Below are positions 16,690 to 26,072 of a stretch of 26,072 nucleotides of DNA, piece after piece. The notes beneath the pieces are model-generated. The model was not told the DNA's origin and ran no database searches. It worked only from the letters and a program-made list of their open reading frames with translations. Source of the DNA: Candidatus Heimdallarchaeota archaeon (GTDB taxonomy: Archaea; Asgardarchaeota; Heimdallarchaeia; Heimdallarchaeales; Heimdallarchaeaceae); NCBI GenBank assembly GCA_021399395.1, contig JAAFKJ010000061.1, positions 1 to 26,072 on the forward strand, written 5' to 3'. Position 1 is the stretch's first letter. The number at the start of each line of letters is the position of its first letter. A program made the translations under genes and the position numbers.

Positions 16690-17748
16690 ATGATATTCTG
16701 GTTTGATGCTGTAACTGCAAAGGAACCCTTGCTATTTAATGCAATTGCTCAAGAATTAGAAAAACTCGGACATGAAGCAATTTTCACTTGTCGCAATTAT
16801 GATTATGTTGCCAGTCTATTCTTTCTACTAGACTTAGATGTTGAAATCCTAGGCGTGCATGGCGGAGGATCTCTATTCGGAAAACTAATGGCAGGTAATG
16901 AGCGAATCTCGTTATTAGCAGAATATATCAATCAGCTTGAAACTAAACCAGATTATCACATCTCATTCTCTTCACCTGAATCTACTCGAGTAGCATTTGG
17001 GTTAGGAATTCCTTCAATAACAATAAATGACTCTCCTCACGCAACAGCTGTTGGAAAGCTAACTGTTCCATTATCAAAATATCTTGTATACAGTGCTTGT
17101 ATTGACCAGAATCAATGGTTAAAAGTTGGTGCAATTCCCGAACAGCTGCAACCTTATGACGGGATTGATGAAGTTGCTTGGTTAAGAGATTTCCAACCTA
17201 ATAATGAGGTGTTGGATATACTAGGGTTATATGAAGATGATAATTTCATCGTAGGTAGACCGGAAGAAAGCAGTGCTGCATACATGCTTGATAGGAATAT
17301 GGTAGACCAAACAGTTCTAGATGTAATATTAAGTGACATATTTGCAGAATATGATGGAAGAGCTGTAATCTTTCCAAGATATGAAGCTCAGAAAAAATAT
17401 CTGAAAAAGAAATTCAAGAATAGAATAATTATTCCTCCTAAAGCAGTTGACACTTTATCTCTCTACTATTACTCTGACCTTTGTATTACTGGGGGTGCAA
17501 CTATGGCTCGAGAAGCAGCTGCAATTGGGACTCCTTCCATTTCATACTATCCAGCTCCTTTGGATGTTCTGGAGTATATCTCTTCAATAGGTATTCCCCT
17601 TTACAATGAATATACTTTGGATAAAGCTAAGGAGCGAGCACTCAAGCTTATTTCTGAGTCTGATGAAAAAGAAAGCTATAGACGGAAAACAGCTGATATT
17701 CTAGAAAAACTCGAATCGCCTTCTGATAAAATCCTTCAACTCATCTGA
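16690..17748 (+). CDS. DUF354-like predicted GT-B glycosyltransferase
   Basis: IFWFDAVT.K...F, G.HGGG, SSPE..RVAFGLGIP, YDGIDE.AWL..F.P, RPEE..AAY, GGATMAREAAAIGTPSIS. Confidence 0.78.
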   Translation: MIFWFDAVTAKEPLLFNAIAQELEKLGHEAIFTCRNYDYVASLFFLLDLDVEILGVHGGGSLFGKLMAGNERISLLAEYINQLETKPDYHISFSSPESTRVAFGLGIPSITINDSPHATAVGKLTVPLSKYLVYSACIDQNQWLKVGAIPEQLQPYDGIDEVAWLRDFQPNNEVLDILGLYEDDNFIVGRPEESSAAYMLDRNMVDQTVLDVILSDIFAEYDGRAVIFPRYEAQKKYLKKKFKNRIIIPPKAVDTLSLYYYSDLCITGGATMAREAAAIGTPSISYYPAPLDVLEYISSIGIPLYNEYTLDKAKERALKLISESDEKESYRRKTADILEKLESPSDKILQLI

Positions 17749-17821
17749 TTTAGATAGATTTCTTCTCATGTTTTTACGAAAAGATTTAATTTCGAATGAT
17801 TTAAGACAAGTATGACTATAG

Positions 17822-18979
17822 ATGAATTTTCACTCAGATAAATTATCAAAAATTGAACCTAGTGGGATACGTGAGCTATTTTCCAAAGCACAAGGTATTC
17901 CCGATGCCATCTCTCTTGGGATAGGGGCTCCTGATATACATGCTCCAAAAGAATTGAAAGAAGCACTAAAAACAGCTGTTGATGAAAATTTTAATAGCTA
18001 TGATCAAACACCTGGAAATCCTGGACTTCGTTCCGCTATAGCACGGAAGTACAAAAACGAATATGGTGTAGAGTACAGCGAATCAGATGGTGTGATTGTA
18101 ACATGTGGGGGAGCTCAATTACTTTATACTGCTCTTCAAACCTATCTGAAAGCAGGAGATGAAGTTTTACTTCAAGACCCTTGCTTCCTTACATACCCTC
18201 GTCAAGTAGTTCTTGCTGGTGGGAAAAATGTCTGGATTCCCTCAACATCCAATTTTAAGATTGATGTAGAAAAACTCAAGGGTTTAATTACAGAAAAGTC
18301 ACGTGTTATAATCCTCAACTTCCCAAGTAATCCTACTGGAGCGGTTATGACAAAGAGTGAACTAAAAGCTATAGTAGACCTTGCTGTAGATAACAATCTA
18401 ATAATTTTAAGTGATGAAGTGTATGAGTATTATACTTTTGACGACCAGAAGCATATTCATGTTGGTGCAATAGATGGTGCCTATGAACGAACTATAACTG
18501 CTAACTCTTTCTCTAAAACCTATGCTGTCCCAGGATGGCGTATGGGTTATGGTGTAGCCACTTCAGACCTTATGAAGCCTATTTACGGATATCATGGTTT
18601 TGTAGTTGCAAATGCTACTACCCCCACACAAATCGCTATAGCTAAGTATATGCAAATGGAAGAATCCAAAGAATTTCAAAAATTCATAAGAGAAGAATTC
18701 CAGAACCGTAGAGATGCAATAGTTAAAGGTTTAAATTCAATTGAAGGAGTAAAATGTGAAAAACCTTCTGGTTCATTCTATTGCTATCCTGACATCTCGG
18801 GTACTAAATATCCTGATGGAGAAGAGTATTCAAATAAAGCATTTGATCTCGCTAAAGTAGTACTTGTTCCAGGAACTGAATTCGGTCCCACCCAGTCTAA
18901 CTATATTAGAGCAAGTTTTGGTTCCGTAAGTGTAAAACAGATTGAAGAAGTTATTGAGCGATTGAGAACAAAGCTTTAA
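17822..18979 (+). CDS. PLP-dependent aminotransferase class I/II (aspartate/aromatic aminotransferase-like)
   Basis: SLGIGAPD, G...LR.AIA, NFPSNPTG, SDEVY, SFSKTYAVPGWRMG (PLP Lys), PG.EFG, YIR.SF. Confidence 0.93.
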   Translation: MNFHSDKLSKIEPSGIRELFSKAQGIPDAISLGIGAPDIHAPKELKEALKTAVDENFNSYDQTPGNPGLRSAIARKYKNEYGVEYSESDGVIVTCGGAQLLYTALQTYLKAGDEVLLQDPCFLTYPRQVVLAGGKNVWIPSTSNFKIDVEKLKGLITEKSRVIILNFPSNPTGAVMTKSELKAIVDLAVDNNLIILSDEVYEYYTFDDQKHIHVGAIDGAYERTITANSFSKTYAVPGWRMGYGVATSDLMKPIYGYHGFVVANATTPTQIAIAKYMQMEESKEFQKFIREEFQNRRDAIVKGLNSIEGVKCEKPSGSFYCYPDISGTKYPDGEEYSNKAFDLAKVVLVPGTEFGPTQSNYIRASFGSVSVKQIEEVIERLRTKL

Positions 18980-19038
18980 CAAACATTTAATTATCCAAAT
19001 GACTTAAAAAGATATAAGAAAAAGTATGTTGATTATCA

Positions 19039-19224
19039 ATGACTGAAGAAAAACCAAAACTAAAGATATACTGCAAGTTCTGTGAAGATACGTTAGATCA
19101 AACATTTGTTGGAGAAACTAGAGACAAAGCTTTCAGTTTAACTTTCTACTGTGAAAAATGTGGGAGTTATCAGATTTTTGAATTCTTCGGAAGCCAATTT
19201 GAACAACCTACAGAATTAGACTAA
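19039..19224 (+). CDS. Small Zn-ribbon protein
   Basis: YCKFC...FYCEKCG (two CxxC motifs) in 61 aa, in an otherwise empty gap. Confidence 0.72.
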   Translation: MTEEKPKLKIYCKFCEDTLDQTFVGETRDKAFSLTFYCEKCGSYQIFEFFGSQFEQPTELD

Positions 19225-19400
19225 TATTTTGCCGAATTTCTACCATTTTCTTTAGCTTTTGAACATTTGAAATATGCGTTTAGAGAGCTTTGAATTCCAT
19301 GATTCTGCAATATCAGAAATGTATGTTCAAATGAAGACGAACATCATCTTTTTATATGGTATTTTCATTATATAATATTAGAACCAAAGGGGTTCAAATT

Positions 19401-22211
19401 ATGAAAAGACAGATATTTTTTGGAATAGGCTTATTTATATTATTACTGCCTTTTGTTAATTCGGCAACTCCTCTAGCTGTAGATGCGAGTCAAGATAGCT
19501 CTTTTCCTTCATCACCTGAACTTAACGCGGTCGTAGACGGCGATAAGATTGTTTACAATGTGTCAACATTTCAATATGGTGAAGGAATTTGGGAAGTTCT
19601 TGACATGCTTTTACAGCAAGTTGACGCACCCGAATTTGATAAGGGAATAATAGGATCATTAGAAGGTACCGAACTAATTACATATATAGCCAAAACAGAT
19701 GCATTAACACTTTATGAGTGGAATGATATGTATGGTGGATATGAGAATGCTACAGCATTTAACGGTATGAATATATTCTCATTCTTGAAATTAAATCAAG
19801 AACTAGGAGTATATGCTGACCCTTCTAGTTTTACCTTCCCGGACGACTTTAGAAACACAGACTATTCGTATTATCATGACTATTGGCCTTATGCAGATTT
19901 CGTTGATCCAATAGATGATCAGTTCTGGTCAGCATTCAATATGACCTTCAGTACTGGATTCAATAATGGTTGGTATGAAGCCGACCAAGGATGGGGATTC
20001 AGTGCTTGGGAACCTTGGGCTGATAACTATAATGATAATGATATATACTGGTTTGGAAACGACTATGGATACTATATGGGTTACCGATTAGGCTATGATG
20101 GCTACCATGAAAGTGGTGCTAACCCAGCATGGGATGATTGGGCTCTTGCATTAGATGGTTATTATTACGGATTTCTTGAAGCTTGGGAAGACGGTTTTCT
20201 AGAAGGAAGACTAGATTTCAACTCAACAAGAATCCCAGATCAACGCTTTGACGGAGTTATACCCTCACCTGCAGATGTATTCGATTACGGTAGATACAGT
20301 GACTATCAAAGAACATGGGAAATGTTCTACAGTAGAGGATATAGATATGAAGCTGCAAAAGTAGACTTCAACTTCGATCTTTATAATAAACTCTATGATA
20401 ACGCTCACGATACATTCTGGAGAGGTTACGTAGACGGTTACAGAGATTATTACTGGAGTGGACAGAACGATGGTTACTATTCTAATCCATGGGATTATTA
20501 TCCACCATTCGATGATCCAAGAGGTCCAAGGGACGAAGGCTATTTAGATGGTTGTTATGATGGATATGTAGCTGGTTACGATGATGGTCAATATGGTTAC
20601 TCTGTTGGAGAACAATATATGTACGGTATGGACAACTACGTTTGGGACTCATATTTTGATGGCTTTGATGTAGGTGCAGCTGATAAATTAGCTAGCAATC
20701 CATATGATGATGTTCCCGCAAGTTTGCCATACTCCGCTTCAACAACCGACCCCTACGAACAGGGTGCTAACTTCATTTATGAACACCAATATGGTGAAGG
20801 TTATAGTAATGGATTTCTATTTGTTGCATTAGTAAATAGTTTAGATGATTTAGACTGGTTACAACATGTTGGACCATTCTACATGATGAACTTACCATAC
20901 TTCGACTTTACTCTTGATGCTGGCTCTGTTATACCCACCCCAATGATGGGTTTCACAATGCTAACTGATCTTGAAGGACTAGTCGATCATGATTGGGAAT
21001 TTGATTGGGGCGCACATGATTATGGGCACTTCAATGAACCTGTAGTTCCAATGCAGACTTTCTACGCTGGAGATACCAATTGGGCATCTTTGGATACATT
21101 CTACAAATATAGAAGCGAAGAAAACAAGACCGAAGAAATAATCACTACCTATGACGTAGGTAACAACTTATTCTGGATGGACTTCAAAATGTATGATCCT
21201 GACCCAGAATTATCTATGAATGTTACTTGGTGTTATGATACTCTATCTGGTTATTTACTAAACGTTTCTATGGATCTTAGCTTTAACTCTATGGACGATG
21301 TATGGGCAAGTATTGTTCTTGAATTAGATGAATCAAGAGCAGATAATATTACTCCCTCATTACCAACACCAGATTCCTGGATGTATTCCATTAACAACTT
21401 CGTATTCTACTTTGATTTACCACCTACTGCAACTCCTGACTTTGTTGACGACGTAGTCGAATTCAAGAATAACGGACTAAGTTCAATAGGTAATCCACTT
21501 TTAAGTGTAGATATGATAGGATATGATGGATTGTGGGCAGAAGCTGAAATGACGATGTATGATCCTGCAAACACTTCTAAAGTACCTGAAATTGCAAACT
21601 ACGAATGGCCAATATTCTCACCACAAGGTCCTCAATGGTCAACCGACTATGAATTACTTGACGGTGTATGGACTACTCTGAATTCAATCTTTGGTACAAC
21701 AGCATATATTGATTCAGCTTTAACTGCTTTATCTGTGCAAAATACTAATTTCAATCTATACGATTTAGATTTGAATCTTGTAGCAGATAAATTCACATAC
21801 TCAGATGCTGGTAACCCAATAGTCTACTATTATGTCACAGTTGATGCAGCTTTAGACGTAGAATGGTCTATGCTCAACGGAGACTTTGAATGGGAAACTA
21901 TCACTGAAGAAGGTTGGATTAGAGGTACTATATGGGTTGGTGTAGATGAACTAACTGGTGTAGTATTAGGTGCAGGTGTAAAGACAAGCTTTGACTTTGA
22001 AGTTACACAAACACCTGATTACGGTATGAACGGTGGGCTTGTATCTGCTTACATGGAAATCATGGTAGGTAGTACATTCAGAGCTCTACCAGACTTATAC
22101 TCAGTGTTATCTGGTCTACCTTTAGTCCCTGAATATGCAGTAGTGTCTATAATTTCCATTATTGGATTAGCAGCTATTGCTAGCGCAGTAATATATAACA
22201 AAAAGAGATAA
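19401..22211 (+). CDS. Large acidic secreted cell-surface glycoprotein with GYxxG repeats and C-terminal anchor
   Basis: Signal peptide MKRQIFFGIGLFILLLPFVNSA. ATG 19401 is preferred to 19356 because TTATATAA lies ~25-30 nt upstream. D/Y/G/W-rich, with many N-x-S/T sequons and a C-terminal VPEY + TM + NKKR. Confidence 0.85.
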   Translation: MKRQIFFGIGLFILLLPFVNSATPLAVDASQDSSFPSSPELNAVVDGDKIVYNVSTFQYGEGIWEVLDMLLQQVDAPEFDKGIIGSLEGTELITYIAKTDALTLYEWNDMYGGYENATAFNGMNIFSFLKLNQELGVYADPSSFTFPDDFRNTDYSYYHDYWPYADFVDPIDDQFWSAFNMTFSTGFNNGWYEADQGWGFSAWEPWADNYNDNDIYWFGNDYGYYMGYRLGYDGYHESGANPAWDDWALALDGYYYGFLEAWEDGFLEGRLDFNSTRIPDQRFDGVIPSPADVFDYGRYSDYQRTWEMFYSRGYRYEAAKVDFNFDLYNKLYDNAHDTFWRGYVDGYRDYYWSGQNDGYYSNPWDYYPPFDDPRGPRDEGYLDGCYDGYVAGYDDGQYGYSVGEQYMYGMDNYVWDSYFDGFDVGAADKLASNPYDDVPASLPYSASTTDPYEQGANFIYEHQYGEGYSNGFLFVALVNSLDDLDWLQHVGPFYMMNLPYFDFTLDAGSVIPTPMMGFTMLTDLEGLVDHDWEFDWGAHDYGHFNEPVVPMQTFYAGDTNWASLDTFYKYRSEENKTEEIITTYDVGNNLFWMDFKMYDPDPELSMNVTWCYDTLSGYLLNVSMDLSFNSMDDVWASIVLELDESRADNITPSLPTPDSWMYSINNFVFYFDLPPTATPDFVDDVVEFKNNGLSSIGNPLLSVDMIGYDGLWAEAEMTMYDPANTSKVPEIANYEWPIFSPQGPQWSTDYELLDGVWTTLNSIFGTTAYIDSALTALSVQNTNFNLYDLDLNLVADKFTYSDAGNPIVYYYVTVDAALDVEWSMLNGDFEWETITEEGWIRGTIWVGVDELTGVVLGAGVKTSFDFEVTQTPDYGMNGGLVSAYMEIMVGSTFRALPDLYSVLSGLPLVPEYAVVSIISIIGLAAIASAVIYNKKR

Positions 22212-22223
22212 AACTATCTCACC

Positions 22224-22253
22224 TTTCTTTTTCTTTTTCTTGTTTTAAAAAAA
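22224..22253. terminator. Probable bidirectional oligo-T/oligo-A terminator between convergent genes
   Basis: Long T/C tract followed by an A-run between the stops at 22211 and 22254. Confidence 0.5.
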
Positions 22254-23720
22254 TTAAATGAAGGGATTCTTTGCTATCCCCAATTTAACAAGAGTTTTCA
22301 GAACCTTTAAACCAAATCTTACTTTGAAGTCAAGTTTCTTGGCTGCGACACTTAATTCAGCAACTCTAACATAAGGTACTTCATTGTTTAGTCCTCTACT
22401 TCTCTCTTTAGAAATCATGTCGATGTTCAAAAGAAGTTCTGGAATGGTTCCTGAGATAGATATATCTTGAACTGGATATTTTACTTCTCCATCTTTTACA
22501 TACCATCCTGAACCTGTAACAGCAAATCTACCACTGCTGAAATCTGACATATGAATACCCATGAAACTCTTCAACATGAACCCTTCTTTTGTTTCAGAGA
22601 GCATTTCATCTAGTGATGAATTACCAGGTTCAATTATGGTTGCATAATCTCCAATCGCAGGGGGAACTTTAGCTGGATTTCCGCCAAAGAAACCTCCTCG
22701 TTGAGCTTTTCCATTGCTTTCCATATTTAGCTTTCCGGCATAATAACTATCAAGATAGTAAGTTTTCAATATTCCATTCTCAATTAATTTTGTTTTCTCG
22801 GTTGGAACTCCTTCTCCATCATAAAGAGTTGAAGTTATCATGTCTGGGTGTAAAGGATCATCAATTAGTGTGAAAGTATCAGGAGCTATTTGTTCTCCTA
22901 TCTTATCCGCATAAACTGTTTCTCCTCTTGAAGCTTTATCTCCTTTTAACAAGTTAGTTAAAACTGTAAAGAGTCCACCAAATAGACCATAGGATCCTTC
23001 TGGAGTAATAATAACTGGATAGTCACCAGAAAGGGACATGGTTTGAGGTTTTGCAGAACTCAGAGTTTTTTCAAGTGCAATTTTAGTTACTTCTTTGGGA
23101 TCTACTCCACCTAAAGAGCGAGATCCTGCAAAGTGGAAATCATAATTTGGAAAACCATGTGTGGATAGAAAACCTATTCCCAAACCATAACCAGCATCAC
23201 TTTCTACTAAATCAATACCTTGAGTTGTTTTCAAAAATGAATCTCCCATCCCTACCATCCCCATAGCTTGAAGGAAATAGGTGTTTTTTGGAAGTTCATC
23301 AGGTAACATCTTCTCGAATAGTTCTGATATCGAGTTAGTATCAACTGAATATAGCTCCTTATCCATAGCTAATTTTGATGTATTCTCTTTAAATTCAGGA
23401 AAAGGTTGTAGATCAGGGTCCTTCTTCTTTGTTTTTGCACACTGAATTGCCATTTTTACAGTCATTTCAATGTCCTTTTCTTCAAAAGAGGATGTATAAG
23501 CGAATCCTACGGCCTTGTTTGTAATGACTCTGAAGGACAATCCATGTTGAATACCCATATTGTGTTTTGGCTTATCTTTCTCAAGTTCAAGATTGAAAGA
23601 TCGTTCATTGATACCAAAAGCCTCACAATGATCTGCTCCTGCTTTTTTTGCATATTTCAATCCAACGTCTAGAGCATTTTGGATTTTATCATTTAAATTA
23701 TTTGTAACCATTTCTTTCAC
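22254..23720 (-). CDS. pmbA: PmbA/TldE family protein (non-catalytic partner of TldD)
   Basis: G.AYTS, G.YPVI..P, G.QIA, DDP, YDGEGVPT, LIENGILKTY, SNG.AQR, SGRF...G.G. No HExxxH. Confidence 0.85.
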   Translation of the reverse strand: MKEMVTNNLNDKIQNALDVGLKYAKKAGADHCEAFGINERSFNLELEKDKPKHNMGIQHGLSFRVITNKAVGFAYTSSFEEKDIEMTVKMAIQCAKTKKKDPDLQPFPEFKENTSKLAMDKELYSVDTNSISELFEKMLPDELPKNTYFLQAMGMVGMGDSFLKTTQGIDLVESDAGYGLGIGFLSTHGFPNYDFHFAGSRSLGGVDPKEVTKIALEKTLSSAKPQTMSLSGDYPVIITPEGSYGLFGGLFTVLTNLLKGDKASRGETVYADKIGEQIAPDTFTLIDDPLHPDMITSTLYDGEGVPTEKTKLIENGILKTYYLDSYYAGKLNMESNGKAQRGGFFGGNPAKVPPAIGDYATIIEPGNSSLDEMLSETKEGFMLKSFMGIHMSDFSSGRFAVTGSGWYVKDGEVKYPVQDISISGTIPELLLNIDMISKERSRGLNNEVPYVRVAELSVAAKKLDFKVRFGLKVLKTLVKLGIAKNPFI

Positions 23721-25127
23721 CTAACCTACTACTATACTTTTAACAGCTAGCCAACCAGCTGTAACGCCTACAGGTGCAGACTGTCCATCTTTACCACAAA
23801 ATCCTATGCTATCTAATGGATTACCCATTTCAGCTGATACTCCAGTTATTTTCATTAGAGTTTCTAAAGTGTTTCCAGCTAATGTTGTTGGTCTATATCT
23901 TTGTCCCACCTCTCCATTTTTAATTTCATACAATTCCGAAACACCAAAGTTGAATGTTCCTTTTATAGGATCAACTTGCCCCCCTCCACCTTGCATCAGA
24001 AGTAAACCATTCTTTACTTGTTCTAACAATTCTTCTTCCTTCATTGGATCTTTAGCGGGTGCAATGTAAGTATTTGTCATCCTTACTATTTGTGGAACAT
24101 TATAAGCTTGAGCTCTTGAGTTTCCAGTAGCTTCTTGGTCGAAGTAAACAGCTGAATCTCTATCGTTAAGGTATGTTTCTAAAATACCATCTTTGATAAC
24201 AGAGGTTTTCTTCCCTGGTAATCCTTCATCATCATACTTCAAAAAGCCAAAAGAATTGATGCCTACAGATTCTTTCATGGAACCATCATCAATTAGGTTT
24301 ACATATGGTGATCCTACTCGTTTACCTATCTTTCCTCTCAAAACTCCAGCAGTTTGAACAAAATCACCTTCAGCACTGTGACCAGCTGCTTCGTGGGCGA
24401 AGAGATGGTTGATAGTTCCATCTAAAACAACAGGATATCTTCTTCCTTTAATTTTGGGGGATTTCAAGCCTTCCAAAGCTCTTTCTTTAGCCTTTTCACC
24501 TAATTCTGTAGGCGTTCTTAAATCAAAAATATCTATTCCTCCAAGATGACCAATTCTGCTATAACCTTCAATAGTCTCATTTTCTTCACGAGCAACGGAA
24601 AGAGCATACATCATCACATAAGGAACATTGTAATCTATTCGAGTACCCTCTGTAGTTACAAGAGTCATTCTTCGAAGAACTTCTCTATATAGCGTTGTTC
24701 TAGATTTAATTTTATCATCTTCTTGAGCTTTATCTGCTTCTAAAGTAAATTCAATTTTTTCATCAAAACCTGTATCATCAATCTTCTTTTTTTGTTCTCC
24801 TTCAAAAGAATCTTCGATGATTTTCACTTCAGCAAGTTTGATTTCTCTTTTTTTATGTTTTAGATTTAACTTATTAGCTTCGATTGCCATTCCTATGACA
24901 TCTTCATAACTTTCTAAAGGACCATAAGCAAAACCCCAAGCGCCATTATTGAGTATTCGAATACCTATACCCGATTCTATACCTGTGGTACTTGTTTCAA
25001 CGCGTCCATTTACTGTTCGAATTTGTGTCATTAGAGAATTTTCTGCACGAATATCTGCATAAGTTAGATTCAATTCTCCTAAATTACTTAATGCCTTATC
25101 AACATAATCGTTAGACATACTCATCAT
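23721..25127 (-). CDS. tldD: TldD family metalloprotease
   Basis: YADIR.E, GIGIR, GAWGFA, FAHEAAGHSAEGD, YDDEG, TGNSRA, VRMTNTY, GGQVD, CGKDGQ. Confidence 0.92.
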   Translation of the reverse strand: MMSMSNDYVDKALSNLGELNLTYADIRAENSLMTQIRTVNGRVETSTTGIESGIGIRILNNGAWGFAYGPLESYEDVIGMAIEANKLNLKHKKREIKLAEVKIIEDSFEGEQKKKIDDTGFDEKIEFTLEADKAQEDDKIKSRTTLYREVLRRMTLVTTEGTRIDYNVPYVMMYALSVAREENETIEGYSRIGHLGGIDIFDLRTPTELGEKAKERALEGLKSPKIKGRRYPVVLDGTINHLFAHEAAGHSAEGDFVQTAGVLRGKIGKRVGSPYVNLIDDGSMKESVGINSFGFLKYDDEGLPGKKTSVIKDGILETYLNDRDSAVYFDQEATGNSRAQAYNVPQIVRMTNTYIAPAKDPMKEEELLEQVKNGLLLMQGGGGQVDPIKGTFNFGVSELYEIKNGEVGQRYRPTTLAGNTLETLMKITGVSAEMGNPLDSIGFCGKDGQSAPVGVTAGWLAVKSIVVG

Positions 25128-25220
25128 TTTGATTGAAACAGAGGGAAATAAAAAAGTATTCTAATGTAGATATATCATTTCTTCAAATAAATTTAAAATT
25201 AAGTGCTCTGTTTTTCAACC

Positions 25221-26027
25221 ATGGAACTTAAACTCAAAGATAAACACATCCTTGTTACTGGTGGGACTGGAGGTATTGGTCGTGCTATTGTAGAATTGCT
25301 TGTTCTTGAAGGTGCAAAGGTTTCTATTCATTTTCATAAGAACACTGCTAAAGCTCAAGAATTGCAAAACAAGCACATTTCTGGAAAAGTAGTTTTGCTT
25401 AAAGGAGATCTAAAAATCGAGAGTGAAGTGAAGGATGTTTTTTCTAAGGCTACTAATCATTTTGGGAGAATTGACGGGTTAGTTGCAAATGCAGGGATTT
25501 GGGCTCCAACATCAAAACTGACAACAGAATTGGATCTCGAACAGTGGAAAAACACTCTAGATGTTAATCTTACAGGAGTTTTCTTGTGTGTTAAAGAGTT
25601 TTTCAAGAATCTTATACAGTATCCTGATTCAAACGCTTCCTTAGTTCTGATAGGTTCTACTGCAGGTTTATTTGGAGAAGCGGGTTATTCTGATTATTCT
25701 GCTACCAAAGCAGCTTTGCAATATGGCTTAACAAACACTTGGAAGAATGAAATTGTCAATTTTGCATCACTTGGACGTGTTAATACTGTCGCTCCTGGTT
25801 GGGTGCTAACTGAAATGGCGGAGAAATCTCTAGAGGATAAAGAAGCATTGAAAAAGATACTCCAAACTATTCCTTTGAAAAAAATAGCTAAGCCTGAAGA
25901 TGTTGCGAGAACTGTCGTCTATCTCTTATCTGATCATGCTGCAGGTCACATCTCAGGAAATACTCTCCTGGTTCATGGAGGTATGGAAGGAAGAGTTCTA
26001 TTTGACAAAGATGATATCTCTATATAG
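25221..26027 (+). CDS. Short-chain dehydrogenase/reductase (FabG-like SDR)
   Basis: VTGGTGGIG, LVANAG, DVNL.G, GS.AG, YSATK, RVN.VAPG...T. ATG 25221 is preferred to GTG 25203. Confidence 0.92.
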   Translation: MELKLKDKHILVTGGTGGIGRAIVELLVLEGAKVSIHFHKNTAKAQELQNKHISGKVVLLKGDLKIESEVKDVFSKATNHFGRIDGLVANAGIWAPTSKLTTELDLEQWKNTLDVNLTGVFLCVKEFFKNLIQYPDSNASLVLIGSTAGLFGEAGYSDYSATKAALQYGLTNTWKNEIVNFASLGRVNTVAPGWVLTEMAEKSLEDKEALKKILQTIPLKKIAKPEDVARTVVYLLSDHAAGHISGNTLLVHGGMEGRVLFDKDDISI

Positions 26028-26072
26028 TAACCCTTTTGTTTAAGTGCAGCAAAATCCAATCAATGTCTGATA

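Noticed and set aside
19258-19395. Inverted repeats upstream of the surface protein (TTTGAACAT 19258-19266 / ATGTTCAAA 19323-19331; GAACC-N5-GGTTC 19381-19395)
   Set aside because: They are short and AT-rich, with no target-site duplication or second copy seen. They could be an operator, but this is not supportable from the sequence alone.
19356-19400. Longer N-terminus for the surface protein (ATG 19356)
   Set aside because: The signal peptide begins at ATG 19401, and a TATA box lies within the extension.
782-24069. Short antisense or alternate-frame ORFs in the track (782-1102, 882-1112, 1661-1888, 3127-3336, 4643-4936, 5521-5826, 5810-6079, 6783-6965, 14369-14605, 15403-15627, 17154-17339, 18202-18396, 23806-24069)
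   Set aside because: All are shadows of well-supported genes on the opposite strand, with no motifs. The GLGLG ORF is just the antisense of the KP repeat.
22254-26027. TldD/PmbA + SDR + aminotransferase as a RiPP biosynthetic cluster
   Set aside because: No precursor peptide, YcaO or radical SAM gene is present. TldD/PmbA pairs are ordinary in archaea.

Overview
AT-rich archaeal chromosomal segment, most likely from an Asgard archaeon. The lineage is an inference from a Rab-like GTPase, a gelsolin-domain protein, class III signal peptides, an archaeal Hsp20 and TATA-type promoters. From left to right it contains: (i) a ~270-nt non-coding island of ~49% GC, packed with hairpins and pseudoknots, that matches no RNA family I recognise; (ii) an orphan Cys-containing ORF, a TrpF-like barrel lacking its catalytic residues, and a Dol-P-mannose-synthase-like GT2; (iii) two eukaryotic-signature genes, a Rab-like GTPase and a gelsolin-domain + Pro/Lys linker protein; (iv) a non-archaellar type IV pilus (Tad-like) locus split into two convergent arms, with two platform proteins, a coiled-coil protein, five pilin-like proteins, an ATPase and an Hsp20; (v) a class II ribonucleotide reductase with two inteins, one carrying a LAGLIDADG endonuclease and one a mini-intein at the radical Cys; (vi) a DUF354-like protein, a class I/II aminotransferase and a small Zn ribbon; (vii) a large acidic surface glycoprotein with GYxxG repeats and a VPEY-TM-basic C-terminal sorting signal; (viii) TldD/PmbA and an SDR. 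The best candidates for undescribed biology are the structured RNA at 41-312 and the pilus locus sharing a divergent promoter region with the gelsolin/Rab pair. All family calls come from motif recognition by eye; no database searches were run.
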